Below are positions 20,112 through 31,100 of a stretch of 64,000 nt of DNA, piece after piece (position 1 is the stretch's first letter; each line of letters opens with the position of its first letter). Below the pieces are notes generated by a model. That model did not search any database. It worked only from the letters and a program-made list of their open reading frames with translations, and had not been told where the DNA came from. A program made the translations under genes and the position numbers. The stretch comes from a virus, in IMG/VR virus record IMGVR_UViG_3300001533_001295, positions 1-64,000 of that record; one strand, written 5' to 3'.

Positions 20112-20851
20112 TGGCGCATAAAAAAACGCCAGCTAAGCAACTTCTTATACCAGGTAACAGTAAGCTAGGTTACGGTATTTGGCACTTCTCTATACCTGCG
20201 GTAATTACTTGCGTAGGTAAAAGCATAGATTGCGCTAAACTATGCTACGCCACTAAGGGCTTCTTTAGGTACGGCAACGTAAAGATCTCTCTAAACTCTA
20301 GAAATGTCGCTAGGCTGCAGCCCACTTTTGTCAGCGACATTGTTCGTGAAATACGTTTAAAGAATATTAGAGACGTACGTATTCACGTGTCAGGCGACTT
20401 TGACGATAGAAAATACGTCATTAAATGGCAGCAAATTGTCAAGAAATGTCCTAGGACGTCTTTTACGTTCTATACTAGGTCGTGGCGTTCGCCAGAGCTT
20501 ATATCAAGTATTTTACAACTAAGTAAAATGCCTAACGTTGTTCCTTGGTTCTCCTGCGACAGAGGAACCGGCGAGCCGCCTTATCATGAACATATTGGTC
20601 GGGCCTACATGGCTGTTCATGATGATGACTACCCTAGTTATAAAGTTGACTTAACTTTTAGGGTGTTAAGAAAAAGTAAGATGACCAGAGCTAAGGACGG
20701 ATCATTAGTCTGTCCGATAGAGCGCGGTATAAGCGTAAATCATGAAAAACTAAGCTGCTCTACTTGTAGACTGTGTTATGAGTCTGCCAAAATAAGGTGG
20801 CTACGTAGTAATGTTCGGCCGTCTTCAAACTCATTACCGGTGTTAAATTAA
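20111..20851 (+). CDS. GP88-family (Cys-rich, radical-SAM-like) phage protein
   Basis: GNSKLG, FSIPAVITC...CAKLCYA, RIHVSGDF, YTRSW, C-terminal CP...CSTCRLC. Confidence 0.75.
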   Translation: MAHKKTPAKQLLIPGNSKLGYGIWHFSIPAVITCVGKSIDCAKLCYATKGFFRYGNVKISLNSRNVARLQPTFVSDIVREIRLKNIRDVRIHVSGDFDDRKYVIKWQQIVKKCPRTSFTFYTRSWRSPELISSILQLSKMPNVVPWFSCDRGTGEPPYHEHIGRAYMAVHDDDYPSYKVDLTFRVLRKSKMTRAKDGSLVCPIERGISVNHEKLSCSTCRLCYESAKIRWLRSNVRPSSNSLPVLN

Positions 20852-21229
20852 ATGAGCAATTTATATATCGCTGTTATACCTACAGAGAACTACAGTAAGC
20901 GCACCAACTTAGCTTTAGGTCTTCAGATTTTTGGTCTAGACGAGAAATTAATTAGCCAGTCTGTATCTACGCTAGGCTCTAACCACTCTGAATTCGAGTT
21001 CTACGTACCTCGTGGCACTAAATTTAAGTTGTCGTTAGAAGAATCTATACCTGAACTTCCGTTTGGGCTTAATGCTGAGTGGACTAAGTTAATTAGATCT
21101 GGCGAGCAGTTTAGCGGAACAGAAGTCGGTCCTTTCGTAGATGTAGTGCTCTTCTCAACTGGAGACTTTGAAAATGATTACGAATACGAAGAAGAAGCTG
21201 TAGTTGAGGAATCTTTTGACGCAAGATAA
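20852..21229 (+). CDS. Hypothetical protein
   Basis: 125 aa ORF. Confidence 0.65.
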   Translation: MSNLYIAVIPTENYSKRTNLALGLQIFGLDEKLISQSVSTLGSNHSEFEFYVPRGTKFKLSLEESIPELPFGLNAEWTKLIRSGEQFSGTEVGPFVDVVLFSTGDFENDYEYEEEAVVEESFDAR

Positions 21230-21932
21230 TTTGCACGTTGGCTTAAAATTTAAAGATATATGCCACTACTGCGATGGAAAAGGCGCGCATAGTTTTGGAA
21301 CTTGTGGTCGCAGTAGGTGTAAGTTTTGTGGCGGTGTAGGTCGTCTTGTATGTCTTAAGTGTGAAGACGTTAAATCACCTAATATACTTGCTTTAAGAAA
21401 TAGAAGTATTTTTGTAAAATACTTAAATGCTACAATTAAAATTAATAACACTATCAATTTTGATAAATGCGCTATTAACGTAAAAAAACTACTTAAACAA
21501 AGTAATTTTAATTTATGCTCAGCTTTCAACGAGTTTACCCTAACTCACGGAGACTGCGTATATATATTTAAGCGTAAAAGAATGAGACAGTTTGTTGTTA
21601 TTTTATTAAGAGAAACAAAACCGTTAAGACCTTTCGGAGGTCAAGAAACTATATTGTTAGAATTTAACAATAAAAAAATTCATAACTTAGATAAAAGATT
21701 TTATGAAAATAGATTTAGGTTGTTATTAGAAGCCAAACTTAAAAACGATAAAGCAACGCTTTTACTAAATTCTCTAGATAAAAATTTAGTTCAAATATTA
21801 AACAGTTGTAGTAATTTTCGTGAAACTATGGGTTGCGATATAACCTATAAACCTACAGATTCTAAATACACGTATTATTTAAAGTATGAAAGACTCGACG
21901 TTTATAGCATAGTTAGGAGGCGCAATGATTGA
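21204..21932 (+). CDS. Hypothetical protein with DnaJ-type CxxCxGxG zinc finger
   Basis: CHYCDGKG and CKFCGGVG. Confidence 0.65.
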   Translation: MRNLLTQDNLHVGLKFKDICHYCDGKGAHSFGTCGRSRCKFCGGVGRLVCLKCEDVKSPNILALRNRSIFVKYLNATIKINNTINFDKCAINVKKLLKQSNFNLCSAFNEFTLTHGDCVYIFKRKRMRQFVVILLRETKPLRPFGGQETILLEFNNKKIHNLDKRFYENRFRLLLEAKLKNDKATLLLNSLDKNLVQILNSCSNFRETMGCDITYKPTDSKYTYYLKYERLDVYSIVRRRND

Positions 21933-24117
21933 TGCTGCAGTGAATGAAGTAGTAAATCGACTTACCGGTTTCAGTAGCTATGAAATCGACATCGAAGAAG
22001 ATATCAATGTCTTCTTAACTAAAAAATTAAATCAATATAACAATGCTGCACTTAAAGGTAGCAGATTAGAGATTATAGCAAATTTAATACTGTACTTAAG
22101 CCAGCACACTAAAATAAGTATAGTTTATACATATTCTTATTCAGCTCGAAACTCCATTGAGTTGTCTTTTTACTTAGATCACTTAGGTATAGATCTAAAC
22201 GAGCTTTACAAAACCAACAGCGACGATGTAACGCTAAAAGCGGTTGGTTCTACGCTTAATATAAATTTTGACAGTGTAATTTTAAATAAAAGATTTAAAA
22301 GCTTAGTAACCGCGATAGCCACTAAAAACGACATCTCTTGCGACAACTCTGAAAGCTTAGTGACGGTAAACAGCGGAGTAGACGCAGCGTTTTTCTGTGA
22401 CGAGAGTGTAGATGATGTTAGTGATTTTTTTGAAGCTAATATTAAAGTAGCTGGGTTCTACTATTTTATAAGTGCTTCGGGTCCGATAGTAATTTGTAAA
22501 AAACCAAAAACAGCCATACCTGATCTTATCAGAGAAGCGCTGTATTTGTTTGAAGACAACTTGTACTTAAATAAAGATAAGTTAAAAATAAATCATGTCT
22601 CTACAGTAAGAGACGTAAATAAGATAGTAAACTCGCTGCGTAAAATTAACGTATGCGCTAACGCTAGCGTAAAGCTAACACGCAGCTTAACTTTTTATAA
22701 GTTTGTTTTCGAGAAAGTTAGGTATTATCGAGGCAAACTCAAGTTAATTGACGTAAAGTCATACGACAGCGATGAAATAACTGTTGAGACGATATATAAC
22801 GCTGGGTTAATTAGGTGTGTTAAAAAACCTAGTTGTTCAGGTATCAAGAAAACCGCCAAAACTAGTATATTGAATGACAGTGAATTGCACACTGTTCTTG
22901 TCATGGATGCGGACTTTGATTTCGTATACGGCAGCTTACCTGATTTTATTAAGGTAAGGTCGTACGAACCAACTAGCGTTAGCGTAAAAAATAAAAACTC
23001 TAACCTAGATGTTGTTGTTCTATACGGTAGCTCAAATGAGAACAACGATGTATTTACCGTTCTAGAAGAAGCCAAAATAAACGAAGTACTAGACAACCAT
23101 AAATCTAGTACATTTTATTATATTAAATACAGCAGACTTACAAAACTAATAAATGATACGTACTCAGTAGATACGTACAAATGGTTTTTTCAAGCGTGCG
23201 TTAAATTAAAGCCCGAAAACATAAAAGTCATCGGCGTTACTGAAGCCGGTAAGAATTTATGTGAGTCGTTGAATATACGTAATCTTGAAACGTACGTATC
23301 AGACGCTCTAAATAGTCTATCGAAGATAGACAAAGAAGTAGTTAGATTCATGAAAGAAAGCGGCAGACATTTTAAATCTACAGTAAAGTGTATGTCGCAC
23401 AGCAAGTTTAGGTTATTTGAGCTATTTAAATTAGTTTCAAATAGTAAATATAAAAAGCTAGTTCAAGATTCTAGCGTGTTCTATTCTTTGCTTAGTAAAT
23501 ATAAAATATTAATAGCTAACACAGAACTTTACGCAACTGAAGACTCTGACTTTAATTTTGATTTAGCTTATTACTCAGCTAAACCAGACGACTTTAACTT
23601 TTACGCGACGCTCAATACTAACATACTCGAGCTTTTAACTAACTTAGGTCCGCATAGTACTTTTAATTTAGATAACTACAGCACAGCTGCCACGTTATGC
23701 TCAACCCTAGTGAAAGCTGATTTGGTAAACAACAGTACAGCACTAGTGGCAGTTGATAATGTTCTTAATAATATTGAACGTGATCCGAGTAAACTGCGTA
23801 AAGTCTCAGAGTTAGACTACTACTCTTTTAAATTTTTTAGGTTTGTGGTTGACGCTAACAATTTAGAAGCTAATTTAGACGCAGCTGTAGAGTCGTTAGG
23901 TGAGAGCAACTTAAGAAAAATTAGCTTTAAGTTTATTAACCTACCACTTTATTTACTGTCTTTCCACGCGGACAAGCTAAGTGATAACCACTTAGAAGCA
24001 CTACTAAATAGCGCTAACAACTTAGACCTGCTATTTATCCACGGGCATACGCAGATGCCGGAAGCTATTGAGATTTATGAACGTCGTCAGTTCGACACTG
24101 TTGTTGGAGGAATTTAA
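21925..24117 (+). CDS. Large AT-rich hypothetical protein, possibly degenerate rIIA-like
   Basis: 730 aa; N-terminal YNN...RLEIIANL...DHLGID weakly echoes the rIIA GHKL-like domain. Confidence 0.5.
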   Translation: MIDAAVNEVVNRLTGFSSYEIDIEEDINVFLTKKLNQYNNAALKGSRLEIIANLILYLSQHTKISIVYTYSYSARNSIELSFYLDHLGIDLNELYKTNSDDVTLKAVGSTLNINFDSVILNKRFKSLVTAIATKNDISCDNSESLVTVNSGVDAAFFCDESVDDVSDFFEANIKVAGFYYFISASGPIVICKKPKTAIPDLIREALYLFEDNLYLNKDKLKINHVSTVRDVNKIVNSLRKINVCANASVKLTRSLTFYKFVFEKVRYYRGKLKLIDVKSYDSDEITVETIYNAGLIRCVKKPSCSGIKKTAKTSILNDSELHTVLVMDADFDFVYGSLPDFIKVRSYEPTSVSVKNKNSNLDVVVLYGSSNENNDVFTVLEEAKINEVLDNHKSSTFYYIKYSRLTKLINDTYSVDTYKWFFQACVKLKPENIKVIGVTEAGKNLCESLNIRNLETYVSDALNSLSKIDKEVVRFMKESGRHFKSTVKCMSHSKFRLFELFKLVSNSKYKKLVQDSSVFYSLLSKYKILIANTELYATEDSDFNFDLAYYSAKPDDFNFYATLNTNILELLTNLGPHSTFNLDNYSTAATLCSTLVKADLVNNSTALVAVDNVLNNIERDPSKLRKVSELDYYSFKFFRFVVDANNLEANLDAAVESLGESNLRKISFKFINLPLYLLSFHADKLSDNHLEALLNSANNLDLLFIHGHTQMPEAIEIYERRQFDTVVGGI

Positions 24118-24651
24118 GTGAGTCTTAATCGCAAAGAGTTAGTCGCGGCTCTGGTCAAAAAGACCAAGGGTGTTATAACACCTAAGGAAATCGTAGAGCA
24201 TTTCCGAGAAAAAGGTGTTGAGATTTCGGAGCAGTACGCGGCTGTTCTAAAAAGCAATGTTAAAAGGACCCTCGTAGCTGAGGGAGTTAGTATGAAAGAG
24301 ACTAAAAGGCGCGGCCGGCCGCCTAAGGCCAAGGTACATGTAGAAGAGGCAACACCAGCCGGTCAGACCCAACCGTCGCCGGTCGTAGTAAAGCGTCGGG
24401 GCCGGCCACCTAAGTCAACTGAGACTGTGAAGGCTGCAGTAGCTCAGACTAAAAAGCGGGATACGTATTCAGAGAAAGTATCAAAGATTGCTGCGAAGAT
24501 GACAGCTATCGGCGAGGCGTGTGACACAGAGCAGAAGAACGCCGAACTGGTTGGTCGAATTTTCTTAGTTCGGTCCAAGTTGGTGGAGTCGTACGACCAT
24601 CAGTCGGTCGACGCTGCGTGGAAACGTGTATCTGAGGAAAGCGTAAGCTAG
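24118..24651 (+). CDS. AT-hook DNA-binding protein
   Basis: Two KRRGRPPK motifs. Confidence 0.75.
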   Translation: MSLNRKELVAALVKKTKGVITPKEIVEHFREKGVEISEQYAAVLKSNVKRTLVAEGVSMKETKRRGRPPKAKVHVEEATPAGQTQPSPVVVKRRGRPPKSTETVKAAVAQTKKRDTYSEKVSKIAAKMTAIGEACDTEQKNAELVGRIFLVRSKLVESYDHQSVDAAWKRVSEESVS

Positions 24652-24679
24652 ACAAACTAGCTTAAATTGGTTAGGAAAT

Positions 24680-24710
24680 AAGGCAGGGGTCATTTCGGCC
24701 CCTGCCTTTT
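24680..24710 (+). terminator. Rho-independent terminator
   Basis: aaggcagggg...cccctgcctt plus T run. Confidence 0.7.
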
Positions 24711-24731
24711 CTTGTTTAAGGAAGGACTGTT

Positions 24732-25031
24732 ATGGATCCGCTGGCAGTGTCTAATAACGATTTTTCACATATCTACGGTTGGGATAAACTATCAAAGGAG
24801 GCTAGGGATAAAGTAAAATACTTTCTAAGGGCTTTCTCCGTTAACTATCCTCCGGATGACGGGACGGTATTATCCAACGAGATAGAACTTTCCTGGAGTG
24901 TTGAGACGCTCGATGTGTCGTTAGTCGTTGACTTAGATACTAAGAGAGCAAGACTATCTGTGTGGAACGCAGAGCTAGAGGATTCGTCGAAATTTTCTGA
25001 CGGTATAAACATAGAATTTCAAGTAGACTAA
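24732..25031 (+). CDS. Hypothetical protein
   Basis: 99 aa, RBS aaggaagga. Confidence 0.65.
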   Translation: MDPLAVSNNDFSHIYGWDKLSKEARDKVKYFLRAFSVNYPPDDGTVLSNEIELSWSVETLDVSLVVDLDTKRARLSVWNAELEDSSKFSDGINIEFQVD

Positions 25032-25033
25032 AA

Positions 25034-25888
25034 ATGACTCAACCTCTGGAAAAAGCTATCGATTTCGTCTTCGAAATAGCTGAAGACTTAAAAAATAGAG
25101 AATTTGACGATTTTCCAGAGGCTATTAAAGTTGCTTCAAACATAGCCAGGGAGCTTAGATTAGAGGGCTACTACACTCCTTTGGTAAAAACTTCCAGTAA
25201 AATTAAGTTTAAAGGCAATCCTAAAAGTGTAGGAAATTTTGCAGATTACCTAGGCAGATTATTAGGTTTATGGCAAGGAAATATACTAGGTATACCTAAC
25301 AAGCCGGGACCTTTGGGCAGCCTCATGGTTTTAGCCCCGCTTGGGGCTGCCCTAGGTTACGGCGGCGCTAACTTGGCCAATTTATTAACCGGTGGTAATG
25401 CTTTTACTCACCCAGTAAACGCTGCGATCATGGGAGGTTTAGCCGGCTCTGCGCCTGCAGGACTTTTAGCAGCTTATAATTATGCGGCTAAGCACCCAAT
25501 GACAGATTCCGCCCTCAACTTCTCTATGACTAAGGAATCTAGTTTCTCTTATATACCTGTAGATAAATTTAAAGAAGTTGTCTACGGCGACCCCAACGTT
25601 GCCTCTAGTCTCTCAAGAAGAACCCAAGCAGCTGCTGTGGGTTTAGTTGAGTCAGCCAACCATTTACCTGGTAGGCGTTATAATGACTTTCCTATAGTTA
25701 CTCCGAATGACATCGCTAGAGTAGCTGTCGGAATGGGGTCGGGTTATGCTTCAGGTTTACTTGTAGGAAAAGCCTTAGGTGGTTTGTTCGGTGTCTCAGA
25801 CAACGCGCAACAAATATTAAGGCGGTCTGGAGCTGCAGCCGGTATAATTAGAAGTATGGTTCCGCTAGTATATAATGGTGGGTTTTAA
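25034..25888 (+). CDS. Probable virion protein with glycine-zipper segments
   Basis: GAALGYGG, GLLVGKALGGLFG; KTSS/KESS motifs. Confidence 0.6.
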   Translation: MTQPLEKAIDFVFEIAEDLKNREFDDFPEAIKVASNIARELRLEGYYTPLVKTSSKIKFKGNPKSVGNFADYLGRLLGLWQGNILGIPNKPGPLGSLMVLAPLGAALGYGGANLANLLTGGNAFTHPVNAAIMGGLAGSAPAGLLAAYNYAAKHPMTDSALNFSMTKESSFSYIPVDKFKEVVYGDPNVASSLSRRTQAAAVGLVESANHLPGRRYNDFPIVTPNDIARVAVGMGSGYASGLLVGKALGGLFGVSDNAQQILRRSGAAAGIIRSMVPLVYNGGF

Positions 25889-26301
25889 TGTCTCGACTAA
25901 TTTTGCCTTTCGAAGCATCTAATAACGTAGCTAAGATTGGTACGCTCAGCGTATGGGCTAGGAACGGTATAATTTGCTTAAGTCACGAGCTCCCTAATGG
26001 TAAGGAAGATTTTAAGCAATTATCTGTTGGTGCTGCTAAAGTAAGATATGGAGCTATGAACGATGAGCTAAAGCGGTTAAGGCAAGAAGCTCATCGACAT
26101 CCTAAGCTGCGAGACCAGGTTCATATGCTTGAAAGGTTTTTAAGCGCTATGAACACGGTCATAGCTAAAGCCGAGGAGCAAGGTCCACCGGAAAACAGTG
26201 ACGCTATTAAAGATCGCCTGCGACGACGTAAAACGCAGGTTAGCGTACCATTTACTAGAGCAGACCTAGAAGCTAAAGACGCTGAGCGAGGGCTAAAATA
26301 A
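25888..26301 (+). CDS. Hypothetical protein
   Basis: 137 aa, TAATG coupling. Confidence 0.7.
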   Translation: MSRLILPFEASNNVAKIGTLSVWARNGIICLSHELPNGKEDFKQLSVGAAKVRYGAMNDELKRLRQEAHRHPKLRDQVHMLERFLSAMNTVIAKAEEQGPPENSDAIKDRLRRRKTQVSVPFTRADLEAKDAERGLK

Positions 26302-26888
26302 TGAGTAAAAATAATAAAGTTGAAGACGTCATTGAGCAGTTCATCAAAATAGGTCTAGACGTAAAGCAAATGGAGGCTTTGTCTGGTGAAATTGCTGATT
26401 TTCTAGAGGAAGCAGATAATCAAGGCGTGCTAGAAGATTTGTTAACTGACAGTATGTCGAAGTTAGCTGAGTGCTCTAACTTAAGTAAAACAGCTAACCC
26501 AGCTGCAGCTGCGGGAGCTGCTCCGGCGGTTGGTGGTTATTTAGGTTGGAAAACCATATTACCGGCAGCTTACCTAGCTAGTCTAGGTTCTCGAACAGCT
26601 GACACTGCTATAGGCGCTGCTGGTGGATTAGCTAAATCAATAGCGTCCGCAGGTGGTAAGGCTTTACTACCTTTAGGAGCTCTGTCTTTAGCTGCTCCTT
26701 TTTTTATTGGTAGATTTGGTGGAGAATTATCTGCCGACGCTCTACACAATCATGACGCTGAAGCAGAAAGAAAGTACATACAGGACCAGGAAATACTAGC
26801 TGCTCTTAGAGAGGCTACTAGACAAGTTAAGCAGCGGTCAGGCTTACCTAGTAATTACAGCGTAGACACTGGCACTGACTTCAGTTAA
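26301..26888 (+). CDS. Probable virion protein (K-x-A motif family)
   Basis: SKLAE, SKTAN followed by Ala/Gly-rich hydrophobic stretch. Confidence 0.6.
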   Translation: MSKNNKVEDVIEQFIKIGLDVKQMEALSGEIADFLEEADNQGVLEDLLTDSMSKLAECSNLSKTANPAAAAGAAPAVGGYLGWKTILPAAYLASLGSRTADTAIGAAGGLAKSIASAGGKALLPLGALSLAAPFFIGRFGGELSADALHNHDAEAERKYIQDQEILAALREATRQVKQRSGLPSNYSVDTGTDFS

Positions 26889-26923
26889 CTTAATCGGCGT
26901 CCTAATCTAAAGAGAGCGCCGAA

Positions 26924-27220
26924 ATGAATGAGTTTGATTACAGGTATTATAGTCAGCAAGGATTGCCGTTCTTAGCAGGATAGCTAGGCAGGCTTTTTTT
27001 GATCTAAGAAAACCTGAAGAACGCAAAAATGGCCATACCTTAGAGGAAATATTATCCTTAAATGCGTGTGGCGAGTATGAGATAGTAGCTTGGAAAGAGT
27101 ATGAAATAGCCTCAGAAGTTACTGCTGCTCTACCAGCCGTCTTTGTTCATTTAGTGTGGTATGAAAAATTTGACGTACTCGTATCACAGTACCCATCTTT
27201 TATAAAAAATAAATTTAAAA
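26924..27220 (+). pseudogene. Apparently frameshifted gene (end uncertain)
   Basis: ATG 26924 gives MNEFDYRYYSQQGLPFLAG*; the -1 frame is open from 26953 (..AFFDLRKPEERK...VHLVWYEK) with no ATG of its own. Confidence 0.4.
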
Positions 27221-28186
27221 ATGAAGACAGAACTACTCAACTCAATAAAGAAAAAGACAGCCAACACGGCGTCGTTCGAAAACGCAGTAAGTCAAATACA
27301 AAACCTAAGGTCTTCGGCAATGCCGGAGGAGAGGCAGAAGTTTCTGCTGAATCTATTATTAGCGACGGGGGCAGCGGGAGCGGGAATAGCCGGACTGTCG
27401 CATCTCCAGAGCTTGAACAAGAGACAGACTTCAGCCAAGAAGCCACACATATCCGAAGTTCGAGTAGAGTTATTTGGTCAAGAAAAAGACAAAAGACAAA
27501 AGTCGAACCGGCGTAAAAGATTAGTTAACCCTAATCTTTTCAGCTATACCGACGCACCTGATTCGCCCAAGATTAAATTATCGGCACTGACCGACTCAGC
27601 AAATAAGAAAACAGCCAGCGATTTTTTAAATTTTACAACTAACCCATCAGCCTACTTATCTGAGCTAGGCAGAAGTCTAACTTCTTCTGGCGGCAAAGGT
27701 TTAACCGACAGTTCTCTTTTCTTGCCGGCGGCACTACTGGCTGGTTCAGCTGGTTTAGGCGGAGGTTACTACGCTACTAATAAGTTACTTAATAAACTTA
27801 GGGAAACCGCAAGAAATAAAGAACTAGCTAAAGCTGAGCTAGAGTTTGAAGCAGCTTTAGCTGAGTCGGCTAAAACAGCTAGTAATAAAAATTGTCTCTT
27901 TGATAACACGTCTAGGATAGTTAACGTTTTAGATAAGGTAGCAGACGGTGGTTTAGTGTCTCCAGGCGTCTCGCATGCTGCTAGGAACATAGTAGGTTTG
28001 TATTTAACTGCAGCGTTGGCTTTAGGTGGAGTTGGAGCTTATGGAAGCTACAAATCCAACAAGGCTAAATCTAAATCAAAAGCTATTGAGCGTGCTCAAT
28101 TAGAGCGACTATCTCAAATGAGTCAAAGACAGTATCCAGCTATATACGCAGAGCCAGGTGTATCCGCAGATGATTCAGAACAATGA
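27221..28186 (+). CDS. Probable virion protein (K-x-A motif family) with glycine zippers
   Basis: KKTAN, KKTAS, AKTAS, DKVAD; three Gly/Ala-rich hydrophobic segments. Confidence 0.65.
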   Translation: MKTELLNSIKKKTANTASFENAVSQIQNLRSSAMPEERQKFLLNLLLATGAAGAGIAGLSHLQSLNKRQTSAKKPHISEVRVELFGQEKDKRQKSNRRKRLVNPNLFSYTDAPDSPKIKLSALTDSANKKTASDFLNFTTNPSAYLSELGRSLTSSGGKGLTDSSLFLPAALLAGSAGLGGGYYATNKLLNKLRETARNKELAKAELEFEAALAESAKTASNKNCLFDNTSRIVNVLDKVADGGLVSPGVSHAARNIVGLYLTAALALGGVGAYGSYKSNKAKSKSKAIERAQLERLSQMSQRQYPAIYAEPGVSADDSEQ

Positions 28187-31100
28187 TAACGAAGACATCG
28201 CGCTTACTTTAAACCAACCTGCTAAGCCTTTAGTTAGTTATCGAGCTGTAGACGACGCAGAAGTTCTGCGTGAAAACGTATATCAAAAAGCGTTAAATGC
28301 GGCTAAGTCTATACAGCCGCTGCAGTACGGTAAGTTTCAGCTAGCTCTAACTGACGTAGACTATGAGGACTCTCCTCAACCTACCAAGAGAGATCAGACC
28401 ACAGCTTTACTTGGGCGTAATAGTATAACTCGCCGGCTGAGAGGTACTTGGTCTCTGCAAGATACTCAGACCGGTGAGACGGTTGATCAGCGTAAGCAGA
28501 TCATAGCTAACGTGCCGCACGTTTTACATGACGGAAGTATCGTCATGCGCGGTACTAGGTATGCCTCCGGTATTCAACAGCGTCTTAGGCCTGGCGTTTA
28601 TACTCGTGTACGTAAAAGCGGTGAGCTAGAAGCTCACGTTAACGCTAAGGTAGGTACAGGTCCCAGCCACAGGTACGTCTTGGAGCCTGAGACAGGTAGG
28701 TTTTTACTTAATATTGGTAACAGTAAGATACCTTTGTCTAATTTATTAGACGTACTAGGAGTAGATAGAAAACGTGTCGAAGACGTCTGGGGCAAAGAAC
28801 TCACCGCCGTAAACTACGGTAAGCAGGATCCTAAAGCCTTAAATAAACTGTACGACAAGTTTGTCCCTAATAGGCTTAGAAACAAAGACGACCTCAGTAA
28901 CTCTGAGGCTATGCGTCAGAAAATTTCTGATGTATTTAATAACATCGGCTTAGATCAAGGTGTATTGAGCCAGACTGTTAATTTACCTACAGAGCATCTA
29001 AGCCCTGAGGTAATTCTAGCTGCGACGAGTAAGATACTTGAGATATCTAAGCAGCAAGAAGATAAGGACGACCGAGATCATCCAGGCTTCGCAACATTCC
29101 ACGATCTATCTGATCTGATCGCTGAAAGAATTAGCAACGATCACGGCGGCGTCAGACGCCAGTTGATGTACAAGATAGCTCAAAAAGGCAACTTAGCTAA
29201 TCTTCCGTCAGGTTATCTAGACAAGCAAATAAATAGCGTAATATTCGGTTCAGGTCTTGCTGCAGCTGTAGAAGAAACCAACCCGGCCGACATACTAGAT
29301 AGAATAACTAAAGTAACTAGGTACGGTGAGGGTGGTTTACCCTCTACGCAATCAACTCCGTCTGAAGCTAGAAATGTAAATCTAGGTCAGTTCGGCTTCA
29401 TAGATCCTGTGCGAACGGCTGAGTCGCTTAGAGTTGGTGTAGACGTTAACGTAGCAAATCCTACGTTCATAGGTAGCGATAATAAGCTCTACGCTAATTT
29501 TATAAACCTAGGAAACGGTCAAACAGAGTTACACTCGCCTGACGAGTTATTTAACTCTTCTTTAGTTATAGGTCCAAGCTCTATAGAAGGTTGGGACTCG
29601 GCTGTAGTAGGCGGCAAATTACAACTTGTAAGGCAGGGGGAAGGTGATTTTAAGTTACCGTCCTATGACAACGCCTTTAATATATTAAGCCAAATACTTC
29701 CTATGAAGTCGGCGTCGTTCGCTCAGCGTCTATCTATGGGCGCTAGAATGTCCCAGCAGGCTTTACCTGTGGAAGGAGCTGAAGCTCCTTTAGTGCAAGC
29801 AGCTGTGCCAGGAACAGGTGGCGCGGAGAGTTATGAGTCTAGGATAGGTACCAAGCTGGGAGCAATCAGGGCTAAAGATAGAGGCCGGGTTCTAGCTGTA
29901 ACTGATGACTATATTGAGGTCGCTTACCCAAACGGCAGTGTAGTAAAAGAAGATTTAGACTACTACAGACCTACCGCTCGTAAGTCGTTCATACACAACA
30001 CGCCGCTAGTTCAACCGGGCGATATTGTTGAGCCAGGCCAGATTTTAGCTAAGAGTAATTTTACAGACGACCAAGGCTCTTTGGCTTTTGGTAAGAACGT
30101 TAGAACAGCTCTTATACCTTGGGGTGAAAACTGGGAAGACGCTATCATCTTTAGCCAGCGCATGGCTAACAGTATGAGGTTAAACCAAGCTTATAAAAGC
30201 CATTTTGAAATAACAGATAAAGACGAGGTAGGTAAAAAGCCGTTCGTATCTGTTTTTGCTTCAAAGTACAACAAAGACATTTTAGACACGCTTGACGATA
30301 ATGGCGTAGTCAAGCCGGGCACGGTAGTTAAAAAAGGCGATCCGCTTATTTTAGCTATACGTGAGACAGACATGACTGGCAACCGAGTACATAAAAAGCA
30401 AGCTAAGTCTTACTCAGATGCTAGTGTTACTTGGGACCACAACCATGAGGGCTTGGTAACACATATAGCTGACTCAGGCAAAGGCTTCAGCGTTATGGTG
30501 ACTACCAGTAAGCCACTTGAAGAAGCAGACAAGATTGCAGGCTTATACGGTAATAAAGGTACGGTTAGAATTCTGCCTGATGCTCAGATGCCTGTGGCTG
30601 AGGATGGTGAAATTATAGACGCGCTCATATCTCCTTTGGCGGTTATATCTAGAGGTAACTCGTCTTTCCCTTTAACGATGCTACTAGGTAAAGTCGCAGC
30701 CAAGACTGGTAAGTCTTATAAAATTGAAGACTTTACCGGCCAAGACTTCACTCAACTGGTCAAAGAAGAGTTAGGTAAAAATAAGCTTAACGCTACAGAG
30801 ACGGTAACCGACCCTAACACAGGCAGGCAGATACCTGGTGTTCTTGTTGGTAATTCTTATTTAATGGCCTTACATCACTCAGCTGAGGCTAAGTCGTCAG
30901 CTAGAAGTATTGGCTCTTACTCGGCTTCCGGAGAACCAGCTAGAGGCACTAAAGGTCAGGCTAAGCGAGTATCGGGCCAGGAACTAGCTGCACATATGGC
31001 TCAAGGAGCTTATAAGTACAGCAGAGAATCTTCGTTGCTTAGAGGAAGACGTAACGATGACTTCTGGTCGGCTTATATGGGTGGTCACAATATAGAATTG

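Noticed and set aside
27154-27516. Independent 120-aa gene
   Set aside because: Mostly overlaps 27221-28186 out of frame; only its 5' part looks coding, as the tail of the frameshifted gene.
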